A DNA stretch of 62,416 bases, the filler included, from Platydemus manokwari (Eukaryota), in assembly GCA_037951405.1 (NCBI GenBank). It is 5 parts of 5 records of this genome, joined end to end, with 100 filler letters (N's around TTAATTAATTAA, not from the genome) between each part and the next. Parts side by side here need not be neighbours in the genome. Positions count along the whole stretch, not along the records: positions 10,107 to 20,543 come from JBBMOY011133773.1; positions 20,644 to 35,989 come from JBBMOY011301428.1; 3 more parts are not named here. One strand, given 5' to 3'. Positions 11,393 through 26,340 of this stretch are shown piece after piece. Position 1 is the first letter of the stretch, and each line of letters opens with the position of its first letter. The notes below the pieces were generated by a model. The model worked only from the letters and a program-made list of their open reading frames with translations. It did not search any database and was not told where the DNA came from. A program made the translations under genes and the position numbers.

Positions 11393-14300
11393 ATGAATAA
11401 ACAAGTTCTGACTACAGTTTTACATACCAAACCTCCACTATCTCCGTTGGCTTGCAACTCCAACGGACTTTTGCGTAATAACAGATCGTTATTGATTTCT
11501 AGGAAAATCGAAAACGTTGCCACTGAAACCAATGTCAAATTTGCAGAATTGAATAATGGAAAAACTGAGGAATCGAATTCTGTCCCATCGCAAGAACAAT
11601 ATTTGGAAATTAATGAATATGATGATGAAATGGATTTAATTCCCAATCTTGATTCTGAAATAACAAATGACAATTCGAGTAAAATAACTGAAACTGAAAT
11701 TTCGCGTTCCGATTCTGTAAGTCATTTATCGACTGTATATTTTGTATAAAATCTTCTCTTGAATGTTGATGATAATGTAACAACAATCGAAAATATTAGT
11801 AAGCTTTACAATACAACTAAATGGTTTGAAGTATACCGATATTTCGACTTTATAGCTTCGCAAAACACTGTCTGAATTGATTCTGTTTTCAAATGAATTT
11901 TCTTTATTATTAATGTTATTTAATAACTCGTTTTTATATCTTTTTAAATGGATCATTTGGAGCGACTTAAATTTTTGAATTAAAAATATGATTGATAATT
12001 TGTCATTTATCTTTCGATTAAAAATACGTGAAAAACAATTTCACTAGCATTCCCTCGTTTGAATAATTTTAATAGTTATGAATAATAAAAAATTTTGTTA
12101 ATTTTATTTTTACCTCCTTTGAAAAATTTATTAGAATGAGAGATATTTATTAAAATTATTTTTATGTGATTTATTAAAATACAAATAACAGACAATCGAT
12201 AAATTTTCCGACTTAGTTTCAAAATATCAGTATCGAAATATAATGGTAGTGTTTTTGGGCATTGATATCATAACAATAATAATTATTATTGTAAACTGAG
12301 AAAATATGATCTATGAAGGGACCTAATCGTAAACCAGTCAATCAATCCTCAATTTAAGCGATACTTTTCCATTTGCATTTGGTATGAATAAATTTTATTA
12401 AAATACGTTTTTGATTATTATAAATGTACACCGGAATAGGAACTTTTTTTTATAAAACAGGGTGTGAAAACATTTCTTAAATACGAAATTGATGCATAAA
12501 CGGTCTATAAAATCATTAATGGAGAAATAAGCACTTGGTAAAATTGTGGAAAATTAATCTTGGAAAAATCAAGTTTATGCAATTTGAAATTAAATTTACA
12601 AAATATATTTGAATGAAGAATCTTTAAATCAAAAATTAAATGACAGTATTTTTTTTCAAATAAACTTAGCTCCAATGAAAAGTTGCATTTTTTATCAATG
12701 CAGACCGACTATAATGGGTAATTTTTCTTACTAGTAGTAATAATAGCAATTTGTAATCTCTTTTAACTTGTTTTCATTTCCATGTATATCATTCTATACA
12801 CCAGTCCCATTAATATTTTCAATGTTTCATAATCATTTGATATTTAAATAATTTATTGCAAGTACAATTATCCGAAGAACCAAATGATTTTAAAAAAATC
12901 TGCATTGTTTAAAATTAAATTTCTGATCATTTCTTGTACAAATTTATCCAATGAGAAGATTAATTCATATCATTTGTGGAGGAGATTTGAAAATTAAGAT
13001 AAACAAATTAAAATAATCTTAAAATGAATTATTTAAAAAAAAATTATTTTTAATTTAGAATTTCAATAAATTTTAATTTTAGTAAATTATTTCCAAACTT
13101 AATATAAAGTAATTTTTGAATAATTTTAATATTTTTAATTATATATTAATATTTTTATTCCTAATTACGATTGGCAATAATTGAAGCTCGCTTGAAAATA
13201 TTACGCAAAGCTTTTAAATGAATAATTCTAACGAATCTCAAAATTTAATTTATCTAGCTACCACTAGCATTAATAAAACTTGTTTTATCTAATTCACAAC
13301 GAAACGCTAAAAATACAATAGTTAGAAAATAATCCATTGCAGATCTATTTAAGCGGTCATTGATTGCCAGATAAAATTATATTTATTTCTTCCATTTAAC
13401 TCGATTGTAGCACTGACATCTCTAAATTAATCATTGGAGCTATATAGTCAGTCAAAGGTTTCTTGAACTTTCGCTTCTATTATTCCAATTATTTTATTGA
13501 AGAATGGTGCTTATTGATCAATTGATTTCCGATGTTTCGACAAATGTAGCCTAAGTAATAGAATGTTATTTTTAATCAATATACTATATTTTACTCAGTA
13601 CACTGATTTGAAAACTTCTTTGATGCCATAGAATTTTATAAATACCTCTTCTTCCTTTAAATCAGCTTTCTCGTAACTTTAATTTTAAATATCAATAAAC
13701 TTAGTCATTGTTAATTGATTTTTTAAATGTTAAAACAGTATTTGGGAAATTAAAAAATTATTTAGTCCATAAACATTATTTAATTTTATAAATCATGTGC
13801 CGAATGATTTCAATATTGATTATTAAAATTTTATGTAAAGGAATCGCCTACGGAGGATATGCTCAATGAGGTCCATAGATTTGTTAATTCCGAACTTACC
13901 CAAGCCAATTTATCCAATTTACCAAAATCACCTTTTATTCATTCAATTTTTTCCAACATTCCACCGGTTATTCGTTTCGTGAGGGAAGGAGAATCAAGTA
14001 GATAAATGTATATATGTCAGTTGAAATGATCGATCTGTTTAGTCTTGGAGTTACCTCGTCCATATAAATCACTGATGAAGTGGCGATATAGTGCATTGAC
14101 TCCAAATGTTGTCAAACGAGCCGTGAAACGCAGTGGATTCAAACTGACAAATAGTAGAGCCATTTAATTAATGATTTATGACATATTAATATTTTGTAAA
14201 ATATTTTATCTCAGAACCAGGACCGAAATGGGTCGGATATTTCGGTAGCCACATGAAATCAGCAGGGTTCAAAATGATATTGGAACATCAGAAGGTTATG

Positions 14301-15033
14301 AGTTAATGTAAATCTCTAATCATTATTGAAAAATGTAGATTAATCATATGCCTGGATCATTTCAAATTGGCAGAAAAGATCGATTGTGGCGAAACATTAC
14401 CATGTTGGCATCCAAGAAAAACATTTCAAAAGATTTTAATTTCTTACCCAAAACATATTGCTTGCCAGCTGATATTAAGAATTTGAAAGCAGTCTGGGAT
14501 GATGAAGAATCTAAAAAGAAAGCCAAGTGGATATTGAAACCAGTAAAATTAATCTTGATATTCATTAATATATCGCTATTTTCAATTATATATATTCGAT
14601 TAGAATCATTTTAACATTGTTAGAACTTTTTCATTCTTCATTTTTAGAGTTTATTTATCTTAACGTATAAATAATATCGCAGTCTATTTAGAATCAAAAG
14701 ACATTCTTCGCAGATTCATATCATGACAAAATTATTTTAATAGAATACTCTCAATCATTCAATTTAATTTACATTATATATAACGTACAGCATTTAATTA
14801 TTTTTACTTTATTTTTTCCAGCCAGCTTCTGCTCGAGGAATAGGCGTAAGAGTCATCAATAAATGGTCACAAATCCCAAAGAAAAGGCCTGTTTTAATAC
14901 AAAGCTATATTTCGCGCCCATTTTTAATAAACCACAGCAAATTCGATTTGAGAATTTACGTTGCGGTGACAAGTTGTGATCCTTTACGGATATACATATA
15001 TCGAGATGGCTTAGTTAGGTTTGCTTCCCACAA
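11393..15033 (+). CDS. TTLL4: Tubulin glutamylase TTLL4-like, 5' part. Exons 11393-11716, 13841-13997, 14043-14153, 14215-14294, 14339-14542, 14822-15033; 3' exons not found
   Basis: GT-AG exons in consistent phase give NHMPGSFQIGRKDRLWRN...WILKPPASARGIG...KFDLRIYVAVTSCDPLRIYIYRDGLVRFAS, characteristic of TTLL4. The first exon/start is less certain. Confidence 0.9.
13130..13270 (+). repeat. Dispersed AT-rich repeat (copy at ~19440-19620)
   Basis: Shared TATTCCTAATTA.GATTGGCAATAATTGAAG.TC.CTTGAAA core. Confidence 0.5.
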
Positions 15034-16811
15034 GTAAGCTGATTTTTAATAAGCTTATTTTATTAAAATATTTAAATTGATGAAAGGCTAAATAGTGTGG
15101 ATCTTGGTTAATATCACCTCATCCGTTTCAACCAATAATAATAATATTAGACGAGTTTTGTAAAAATATAATGATTAAAAATAATTAAAACTAATCAAAT
15201 TTATTAAAAACTTTAAACAAATCATTCAGCATCTTAGATTCACCTATAACTATAAGCAGATTTTTTGTCACCAATTTTTTTCGAAAATGGCAATCCTTCA
15301 CTAGCTGTTCATTGCATGGAGAATTTTTGTGAATTACCAAATTTAAGAAAATAGTTCTTCATTTTTTTTAATTTGCTCAGTGTTACTCAAAAACCTTTAT
15401 AATTTATTTAGTTATATTATTTAGAAGCATTTTGAATTTGATTTATTTGATTAGCATTTAGAATTGATTATTTGAAAAACGAGTCAGAGTAAGTCAGATT
15501 GAAATTTTTTGAAAATTACCCTGGTCCCCTTCTTTTAACATTAGACCAAATAATATTAGATTATTAAACATGCCAAATATTCAAAAAGTCGATTTATAAT
15601 TAAAAAAATTTAAATTTACAAAATCAAAGGATCATCGCTAGAAATGCTATAAATATAAGAGATGTTGTGATTATAATGGGAACTTGGTTCAATAATTATA
15701 TTTTATCCCTATTCGACACATTCAAAAGTTCGCTATCAAATAAACTCCGTGAATATATCGACAGTCACAAAATGGTAAAAGATATCAAAAATAAATCGAC
15801 AGATTTAAAATAACTTATCAAGATACAAAATTTCTAGATATCACGAATGCTTATTGTGAGGTTTATTTAAGAATACTTTAAATAATTCAAAAGTAGATAA
15901 GATTAAAATTAATAATTAAAAAAATATTTTAAAATGATTATTATATTAAAAATATTTAGTATTTGTATTTATAAAATGGTCTTGTCAAAACATTACTGTA
16001 TACTCTCAATTTTAAAAAAATATTATAAAAATAATTTTTTATAAAAAATAAAAATTTAAAAATAAAAATGCGAGCATTTTATTTTAAAGTAAAAATGTTG
16101 AAAAATGTCTTTTGAATAAAACATAACAATGAAGAAGTTTTAGCAACTAACACTGTATATAATATTAAATACCCGTCAAAAAACCAAAGAAAGTAACATA
16201 GAAAATCTAATTAAATATTTAAATGAATTTTTTAAATTTAATGTTTTAGAGACATTTGTCAGGGACGTTAACAATAAACTTTAAAAAACGATAAAAAATT
16301 GAAAATAAATATTCTTCGAAAAATTCTAAAAGAAAATCATTAATATTTTTTTAAAATCAAAATATAAAAATTAATAGAATATTTAAGAACAATTTGTTTA
16401 AATGAATCAGTCCTTAACAACAACTTTGTATCTGTCGTAATTTTCCATGTGATTATTCAGACTGCCAGTCTGTTAAGATCGGTAATTTCTGTCGTAGTTT
16501 TTATCTTTTGGGTGTTGAGCCCCTTATGATTTTACATCTAACTCTTGAAACATTTTGTTATTCTGAATAGCTTCCATATCAGCTTACATATAATTTTCTA
16601 TTCTAAAAAATTAAAATAGATATATGAGATATTTTTTGTTTTTTTATAACTGCGCAATTTCTACCATTATTCTAAAAATAAAATAAGAAATCCAGTACAT
16701 TACAATGTTGAATCTGCATAAATTGTAATGGGTTTTTGTCATCTCTCTTTAGACTAACTATAATTTGTCATAATGTAAACTCATTTTATTAATAATTATA
16801 AAAATAGAATA

Positions 16812-17514
16812 AACTACAATTTCTCAAACTGGACATCCTGAAACTGGAACATACTTGTAGCTTATGTTCTTACTATAATTTTAAGAGAACGGATAATTGT
16901 GTTAAGTTTAAATAATTTTTCATTTGAAAATAAATCAGAGGATTCTTGTTCAAATGTTCAAAATCAAAATTGTGAACAGATATCATTGGATGATGCAGAG
17001 AAGTCGATGGAGACTGTGCTCAAATTCATAGAGAATAATCATTATTTTACAGAAGACTGCCAAATGCAAGTATGTGCGTTGCATAGAGAAATAGCTAGCA
17101 GAATTTTCAAAGCCGTCAAAATTCCGACCTTTGTAATCTAGTTAAAGGCACTTTAGAGGCAGCCGAGTATCCCACAAATGGGTTAGTCATTGATGGACTG
17201 GAAGGAGAAGAAGCGAGCACAACAGATCAATACAGATTTTATTTAGTTATAACAACAATCACCTGTAAAATTAAATATTAATGGAATTTGGTCAAGCAGT
17301 CAATACTTAAAAGCGTATAAAATCACTAGTTATTCAGTCTAGAGAATACGCTTCTTTATTTAAGTGTATGGAATGCATTGATTGTCTAATTTTCAGTAAG
17401 CATCTGTGCATGTGCAAATCTTTTATTTTAACTAAAATTAACCTTTTTCAGAAACAGGAACAACACTTCCAAAACTTGAACATTGAGTGTGTTCCAGTTT
17501 TGGAATTTGTAGTG
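16812..17514 (+). mobile_element. Non-autonomous Tigger/pogo-like DNA transposon (~700 bp)
   Basis: Imperfect ~25-bp TIRs (AACTACAATTTCTCAAACTGGACA vs revcomp CACTACAAATTCCAAAACTGGAACA) flanked by TA. Internal ORF 16899-17141 resembles a Tigger/CENP-B transposase C-terminal tail. Confidence 0.65.
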
Positions 17515-20500
17515 TATATCAATGAAAACGAAACCAATCTACAATGAAATGATTTATTTTTTATATATCTCGTAAATGATTATTTTACTTGAGAAAACCG
17601 ACAAACAAAAATATAGAAAAAATACGAGCTAAATTAACTCGGTTAAGATCGATAGGAAATGATTGTCAATTTAGGTTTAGGACATGAATTTTTATTTGTG
17701 CCAAAAAGATATAACAATTTGTTTGACTTGTTAGAATGATTATTTAAATGCTTATCATTAAAGATTATCAAAGTATTGTGAAATTATAAATGAATTACTT
17801 ATTGATTAAAAGAAACGGAACTACCTTAAAAATGCTTTTAAATATAATAAAGTAATTGTGTCTTTGGAATTAAAATATATGGAGAAAATTTAAAGAAAAT
17901 TTAAAAATAAAAGCAATTAGAATGAAGATTCAAGAGATCCATTATTATTGTTGGAGAGCAGAAATAGTGTCTCAGAAACTCACACAAGCAACACAGGTGG
18001 TATGATTTTTGGTTCCATTTCATTAGAATTAGAAAATTTTATAAATCTCATATGGCATTGCCCATAAGAGCCCTCAGATGATTTTATCGGTAGTTAGGAG
18101 TAACGACACCGTAACCACTACTACAGAATTGTTTGGATTTTAAATATTTATAATTAAGTTTGAATTTTAGATGAACGAAATTCAGGATAAAATTTTAGCA
18201 GAAGTATGTTAAACAAGAATTTTATGATGATTCAAACGTTTAGAAATTGTTTTATCAAAATAAAATATACTTACGGGGTCGCAAGAATTTTCTATAATCC
18301 TAAGGAATAATTAATGATTGTACTTAAGTACAAAGTCGAGCTTCTAATGCTGAATTAAATGGCTTTTTCAATTGAAGAATGCAAATTTTAGTCACTTGTT
18401 CGGGATTTTCGATTAGTTGTTTTATCTTAATTCACAGATTTTATATTCTAAATGTTTTTAGCTGAATTACTTGCTAGATTTCAGTTCCAATTTTAACTGT
18501 TTGGATGATAATGTTTAGATTAGACAATGTCGGTTTAGATTTGAATGATCAATTAGATAAAGTTTAGTCGTCGAGATGATATAGATTTGACTAAATAATT
18601 CGACTGGTTGAATGACGTCAGAGTCAACGTTTGTAGAATAATTTTCGGTCGGCCCTTATGAAGTGTTTCTCTTATTTATATCAGTGGTTTTTCTTTATAA
18701 TATTTTGATTATATTTTGGACATCAATTACACTATTTTTATACATTTTTTCTTGCTAGTACTATAATTAGATAATAATCTGTCTTTTCTATTTATGTTAT
18801 TATTTTATTCTATTTTAGTTTTTAATTTATTATGCTTCTATTTTATGCAAAAGCAATAGTTTCAGTGCAAGATTTTGATGTTTTTGAAATTTTTTATTTT
18901 TTATTTATTCTCATTATTTATTACACAGTTGGACTTATGAAGCATAAAACCAACGAATTTTCAAGAATTTAGAAGTAGAAAAATAAGCAAAGTTAAAATT
19001 TAAAGATAAGGAAGTTTTAGGAAAATTTGAAAGTTGTAAAAAACGGACTCAACACTATTTGGAGTAATAGGAAAACGAATTAATAAAAAGTCTAGATGAG
19101 CTAAAATTGTTTCTGGAAGAATGCTAAAAATTGTCGAAGACAACCAGAGTTATTGAGCATTAAATAAAAATAATAGGTTCATTTAAAAAGATAAGAGAGT
19201 GAACAGCCAGAAGAAAATGGGAAGATGAGGTATCGTGAAGTCAAAAGAAGTCGCAAAGCAAAGATATTCTGTCGATATAAAAATAAAATATTGTTAATCA
19301 GAAAGAAATAAAAATAACAAGTGCCAAAATGAAAAATAGTTTTAAAAATAAATTATTTAAAATTTTTTCTAATTTCGAATGTTTAAAAAATTTGAACTTT
19401 GATGGATTATTTATAATTTCTATGAAATAATTTTTAAATAATTTAAGTATTTTTATTTCAATATTTCAATATATATATTCCTAATTAAGATTGGCAATAA
19501 TTGAAGTTCTCTTGAAATTTTTCAAAATTTGTTTATAGGACATATTTTTAATAATAAAAAATATTTCAAAAAACTTATCAATGACTAATTGTAACGAAGT
19601 TTAAAATTTAAATAGCATATACTGTGATACCAATAGAAGAAATCACAATACAGATTCTTACTATTACTAAACAGTATGATTGACTACTTCCAAGTACTCT
19701 GCTAAATTTTTACAACTAAATCTGAAGTTGAAATCTAAAAACGCGATAAATGATACTATTCGACGAGAAAGGAAGCATTATAGTGAAATAAAATTATCTC
19801 ACTAAAAGTAGTCACGAGAAATTTCTATAAAATCATGGGGTTACGATAGTAAAGCTTGAACTTGTAGGTATAACGTCTAGAGAATCGCTTGGTTATCCTC
19901 TATATTAATATACTGCATGTCTAGGCGTGTATGACCTAGTTTTATCGTAAAAGTAAAAATTTTAAATTCTATTTGAGCGCCATTAAATGCACTCTTTAAC
20001 TCAAAGAGTTAAATATTCAATTATTTCTGACTAACAATTCCAGAATTTCATTTTGTAATTAGGTGACAAAGTTAAACAGGTGAATTATCAAGCAGAATAA
20101 TCGAGAAAACTGTGTGACGAGACTATGGAAAATCAACAGCTCATGCTAACTTAATGAAAAGCATCTAAGACATTGAAATAGCGTGACATGATTATTTTGT
20201 GAAAATAACAAAAAAAAATTCGGAAATAATAACCTGATAACAAAGTATGGAAAATTGAAGAATCCAATAAATTTGTAAGACTTCAAACTATCGACAAGAA
20301 GAATAATAAATGCTGATCGCCCGATGTAAAATGCCACAAACGTATAGGATTTAGCTAACATTGACTATATAAAGCTCAAATATAGAAACCTTTCAAAATA
20401 AGTGCAACTCGAAATAGTATTAGCTACATATATATGGCTACAACATTGAAGAGAGCAGTAGTGAATACAAATATCTAAAATCTAGATGGTATCAGGAAGA

Positions 20501-20543
20501 AAGTATATGAATACGAACTGTCCAAAAATGAATAATAAGACTT

Positions 20544-20643
20544 NNNNNNNNNNNNNNNNNNNNNNNNNNNNNNNNNNNNNNNNNNNNTTAATTAATTAAN
20601 NNNNNNNNNNNNNNNNNNNNNNNNNNNNNNNNNNNNNNNNNNN
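20544..20643. other. Assembly gap with linker
   Basis: N44-TTAATTAATTAA-N44. Confidence 0.97.
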
Positions 20644-20699
20644 AATTTATATAGAAAAAAGAATAATAAAAAATCTATAATGAAATTACAATCGGGTTA

Positions 20700-21190
20700 A
20701 ATATCTTGTCGACCAGTATAAATAAATGCTCTTCCGAGACTCAAACAAGAAGAGAGACAGAAAAAATTTGCGAATCTGCACCTAAAACTTCAGGGGTTAG
20801 TGAATCCCCAAAGTCGTTGTTCAAAGATGCTGAAAAATGGTTCCAGACAAACAAGGATTTTGCCACATTTTATCAAATGGAACTATTATTTGCATTTGAC
20901 ATGCTGTTGAGATATGGCGCCAAACAACTGTGGCAAGAATTCAGCAATTTCAAAGAAGCTGTTTCCAAATAAGAGATTGAGTAATGGTTTTTTGAAATCT
21001 TCCTTACTTGCCTAAACAGTGTACGACAAGGTCAAAGATTTGGAAGCAAAGTGGCAAAAACCAGATGAAAAGTACCGCAGTTATAATCTTCAGACGAAGA
21101 CATTAGTGACAAAGGTGTTTGAGAAGAAGAGATTTCAAGACTATTTATTCTGCAAGATCTAAATGGCAAGTAATTGAAAGAGTCTTTTAC
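20700..21190 (+). mobile_element. Gypsy gag remnant (same family as 59673-60190)
   Basis: MELLFAFDMLLRYGAKQLWQEFSNFKEAVS matches 60020-59930; decayed PBS TGTCGACCA at ~20707. Confidence 0.75.
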
Positions 21191-23002
21191 AATATTGAAT
21201 ATTTTGCATTTTTACAATACATCTTTAATCTGACTAAGAGAATTTGCAATCGACAATTCTTATCACTAGGTTATCAGTAGATCAGTTTCATATTTATTTC
21301 TGGTAATCTCAATTCTGATTTCAACTCCACAACTTCTTTTTAACTTGCAACTTGACATATTAAATATATTATTTTGCAGTTTTCCATGAGGCTGCTAAAT
21401 AAATATAGAACCGATAAATATCTCGCAACAATTGTCAGTGAGCGATTATTTTCGCACATTGATTGATATACGTCATTAATATTTGAAACATGCTATCAAT
21501 ACGTCCCATTTCTACAGTGAATTAAACAAAGACAGATAACAGAAAATATTGGAGCCATTAAGACAAACAAAAACCTCAGACGACGAATCATCTGTTAATA
21601 TCAACTAGTATTACCAAATGATAAACGGATTTTATTTTTAATTTTTCTTTGATCTAAACGAATAAACTACCATCTCAATATAAAACATATATTTCTCTAA
21701 TGATATTGAAATTCGCGTTAGTCCTGGAGATTAATTTGTTATTAAACGAAATTACCCAAAACGTGTAACAGTCCTGGTTTTCATTTATACCGATCATTGA
21801 ATATTTTAATTAACATCGAATAGTAGTCAATTTATCATATTAACCAATATATCTTATGTACAGAAATTCTAAAGTGTTCCAGGAGTACAAATCCTGGTTA
21901 AACAAAATTCCTATTCATATTGATAAATATTCAGTGACTTATTTCGAATTTACCAGTTAACAATTCGATTACAAGTAGATTAAAATCCATCTGCTATTTC
22001 ACTCACACTAACTGTCACTTTCTACTTGCTCGTATGCACTTGCTATATAATTTTTGTCTGGCATAAGAACATCACACTATTGGGAAAGTAAAATAAAAAA
22101 CAAATCGATAATAGATTTAAGTTATTTTGAACAACATTAAGAATGGTTTAGCTCTGACATGTGACAAGGTACAGATATAAAACACCATCAAAATATTAAA
22201 ATTCTCTACAATTCTCGTTCATTGCTTCATATGATGTCTGATACATCTTCAAATATACCTATGAATTATTCCATATTTAATTATATTTCTATAGCAAATT
22301 TCCAAGGTAAAATGCATCAAATAATAAGAACTTATCAACCAATTAATATTCTCAAAGAAAAATGAAAAAAAGAAAAACCATGAAGTATTTCTCTAATCGG
22401 GAATGATACAAACCAGATTACACCGTATCCTTGTGAACTTAAACGTGATTTACAGAGAAATTCGGATTTACTAATTGATTGAGAAATTAAATAACGGATT
22501 TTTAAAATTTTTCAGTTCAATGAACAAAATCAATATTGTTCTATTATTGATTTCTTATCCACGTGAAATCTTCCAGGAAATGAAATATTTCGAGTAAAAC
22601 AAAATGCAACAAGCACGTTGAAATTATATAATATCAATCTCGCCTACTTGTGAGATGGTTGTATGAAAAGTGATATTTCTATTTTTATTTTAAAGTTTTT
22701 TGGGTCTGCAATAAATTTGAAACATTTTTTATGTTGACAAGATTCAATTTATTAGAAGTTGAAGTGCAAATGCAAACAAACAATGTATTATTTATAACAC
22801 AAAAACCAGAGACGACATTGAACTTTTGAATATTTTGAATGAAGCTATGCTGGAAGAAGGGTTATTTAATAAACAAACGGACAAAGAAAAGGACAAATTT
22901 CCATTCTGTATCAACATTTTATATTATTATTATTAATAATATTTCTAAAAATTGTAAATAAATAGTATCCCCATTATTGTGAATATCTTCAATCTTAAAA
23001 TA

Positions 23003-23580
23003 GCTTAAGTTGAGAAGTGGGTCCTTTAATCTCCTTTCGTAATAATGAATTGTTAGCGCATGAGATACTTTAATAATATAATCTTATAAAATCGCGTTGT
23101 TTGATTTTTTTTTCGTATAATTCAGTTAACATCTCACTTTTTAGGGACAAAATATTGTTTTAAAACTAAGTTCACATTCCAATCACAACCCCTTTATATG
23201 ATTATTTGAGTTTTTAAATTTAAATTTTTTTATTATAAATGGAGTTAGTTAATTACAGACATGTTTAATAATATCATTGGTTCTTTTTATAAAATAATTG
23301 TAGAAATTGAGAATATCTCTCAAATTTGCTTCTAATATTAGAAAAGGAGTCCTCGTTAATTTTCAATAAATCACAATCCGAAATACTTTGATCCCTTTTT
23401 CAAGTAATGAAAATTTAGGCGATTTTGAAGCTCCAGTGTATTTAATATTTGATTACAGACAACTAAAAGCCTTCTTAAGTACTCAAATAAAAAAATCAAA
23501 ATGCTTTTAAAAGAATATAATTAAATAAACTATATCGATTTTTGCAATACACTTAACAAATTTAAAATTATATTTTCTTA
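23003..23580 (+). repeat. Dispersed ~570-bp repeat, probably a non-autonomous DNA transposon (copies at 24745-24925 partial and 37557-38120)
   Basis: Long colinear similarity, e.g. GAGTTTTTAAATTTAAATTTTT...AATTACAGACATGTTTAATAATATCATTGG. The 37.5-kb copy has AAAAAGGGTCCT / AGGACCTTTTTT inverted ends. Confidence 0.7.
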
Positions 23581-26101
23581 CCTTTAGTCCCTAAAATTAG
23601 TAAAAATTCGCGAAAATACGAAAAATCAAAACAAAGTATTTTTATCGACTCATTACCACTATAAGGAGCGACTTCAAGGACTGATCTATCATACTACTTA
23701 CTTCTTCTCATTATTAGATAGAATCTAGAATCCATCATTTAATAATTCTTCAACGGGAATTTTCGAACCCATTCTTATTTCACTCACATACACACTTTTC
23801 AACGAGCTATAGAAACACAATCCTTGACATTCAATTAGAAGATTATTTTCTAAGACAATCCATTTTTTTGAATTGTGCCAATATTATTGTTTATTTTCAA
23901 ATTTTTCTTAAGATTATATCACTGCACATGACACCAGAATATTATATCAAAACTATTGAATAACAGACAATAAACATTTCAGTACCGACAAATTAAATCG
24001 TTAGACAAATGGTTTCAATGTAATATTATTTGGTGAGGGTGTCATCTAGATTACTCATAGAAGATTAAGAAAAACCAAAAGCACTCTCTTTTTCAAAATT
24101 AAAAGATCAAAGAACATTGCAAACAAAAACAAACATAGATTACTAATACAAGATAATCTGTGATTAATTTGCACTTTCAAATATAATATTTGATAGTTTA
24201 CAATATAATCGATACATATCAATAACAGGAACTGTTACACGTTAAATAGCATTGCTATATAATAAGTTTATTTGTTGTTAGCAATATTGATATTTACAAA
24301 GTACAAATCAATACAATAAAATCCATTAAATTATGTTCCACTAAAATGGAAGATTTCTAATTATCGTATTGGGTGTAAATCAATCAATATTTCGTTGATC
24401 ATTTGGAATACTGAAATGAAATAAAACGGGTGTCCGGTTGGTAATTCTTCTAATTTTTAATCTATATGGAAGACATGTCATTTTTCGTATTGATTTCAAC
24501 AATATCATCTATTAATTATTGGTCACCATTCATTCCTCAATCTATTCACAAAAGCATATCTTATCAAATCCAGTTGACAGCTTTTTGATTTATGCAAACA
24601 ATGATGGTTTATCCAAATATATGAATAATTGCTAAATTATTTTTCACTCCTACGTGCTTTGTGCCAACTATTTTTTTATATTATTATAATACTTACTGTT
24701 ATTAGTAATATCATCATTATTTATTCAATTATACAATTTTTGGTTTAAGTTAAGAAAAAGGTTCCTTTGACTTACTTTCGTTATAATGAATTTTCGTGCA
24801 TTTTGTAACTTAATATTATATATAACGGATATGTTTGATTTATTCATATAATTCAGTTAATGTCTCAGTTTTTAATATGTCTGATAGTGACAAAACAGTT
24901 TTAAAACCAAGTTCCCATTCTAATGTTGAGTGAAGACCAAATCTTGAAAAAGAAAAACGATTTCGTACCTTGAAACCCTTGTTTTAGCAATTTAAGCATT
25001 GACACACCTACATAATCATACAAGCTTGTCAACCAGCGAATCACAGATGACTTAAATAGAAAAATTATAATTTTACGAGAAACATAACTACACAAGCAGG
25101 CACGCATAGGGATTGACCAATCCCCACATCTTATGATCGATGGATCCAATGAACATACAATAAATAAGACAATCAATTAAAAGTGAAACACACAAAACAC
25201 GAATATAAATACTGAGACCGAGATGGTCAGATGCCAGTGTATTGGAGTCAGTAGAGAGCTGTTTAAGTGTTAGAGGTTATTGTGTTTATGTCGAACATTT
25301 TATTTGGTTGTTTCAAGGTAAACTTGTGTAATTGTGATAAATAGATTATTTATAATTGTTTGCCATTTTTTATATTCAACAGTTCTAAATATTTTCCGTC
25401 GCTTCTACTTGCATGATATGGACCACTGTCCGTCCTTAGTGGTGTTCATGAATTCTACATGTGCTGGGGTCAAATGTGGGATAATTGCTGTAATAAAAAA
25501 TCGAAAGTTGCAAGCTTCATTTCTATCACACGTACTAATCAAAACTCAATACAATATGTCAAAATCGCAACCAAAACTCGGCTAGTTGAATATGTTCATT
25601 GGATCTAGTTATGAAATATGGAGAGTTTGTTTTAGAAAGTATCACAAGTACAATTCAAAACATTAGCAATGACATTTTTGTTGTATTTATTATCATGAGA
25701 TGTGCTGGGTTTTTTACTCGAACATTTCCAGCTGTTAGTTTCATTAAATAAATAAATAAAGTAAATTTCATAATTTATTCAATTCATTATTTAGATAGAA
25801 ATGTTCGAGAGATTAATTTCAAGACAAATAGAAATTTATCAATGATAAATCGATATTTATAATTTTTCAATTATTTTCAATATTATTTCATCAATAATAT
25901 GTGCTGAACTCACAGATGAATAAAATAGCAGTTTCGAAATTCTGCAGCTCTTCTAATGTGAGCAGCAACCTTTTACAAATAATCAATATATTTGAAATTA
26001 CTAATGGAAACACTTGATAAAATATCTTAATGGTGAGCAAATCTACTAATTGCATTTGGCATGATTTGATTTCATATTCAATATTATGTTATTGATTTTA
26101 C

Positions 26102-26340
26102 TTGTCTAATTGCTTCGGTGATAGCACTGACAGCGAATTTCGTAGCTGAATGAAAATGAATAGGAGTAAATTTTGGAACTTCATGACCATATAAACTGTT
26201 GATATTGATTATATGGCCAGGTATTTTATGGGTGTCTTGATTCAAATTTTCATTTTCTCTCATCATTCTGTATGCTTGTCCTGTGCACACACAAAGTCCA
26301 AAAACATTTGTCCCGAGCATTATTTTTAAAATTTCTCCAC
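26102..26340 (-). pseudogene. Orphan exon-2 copy of DHRS11-like SDR
   Basis: TNVFGLCVCT...GHIININS...HFHSATKFAVSAITEAIRQ then GT, same donor position as the intact gene. Catalytic Tyr reads His; no exon 1 or 3 seen. Confidence 0.8.
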
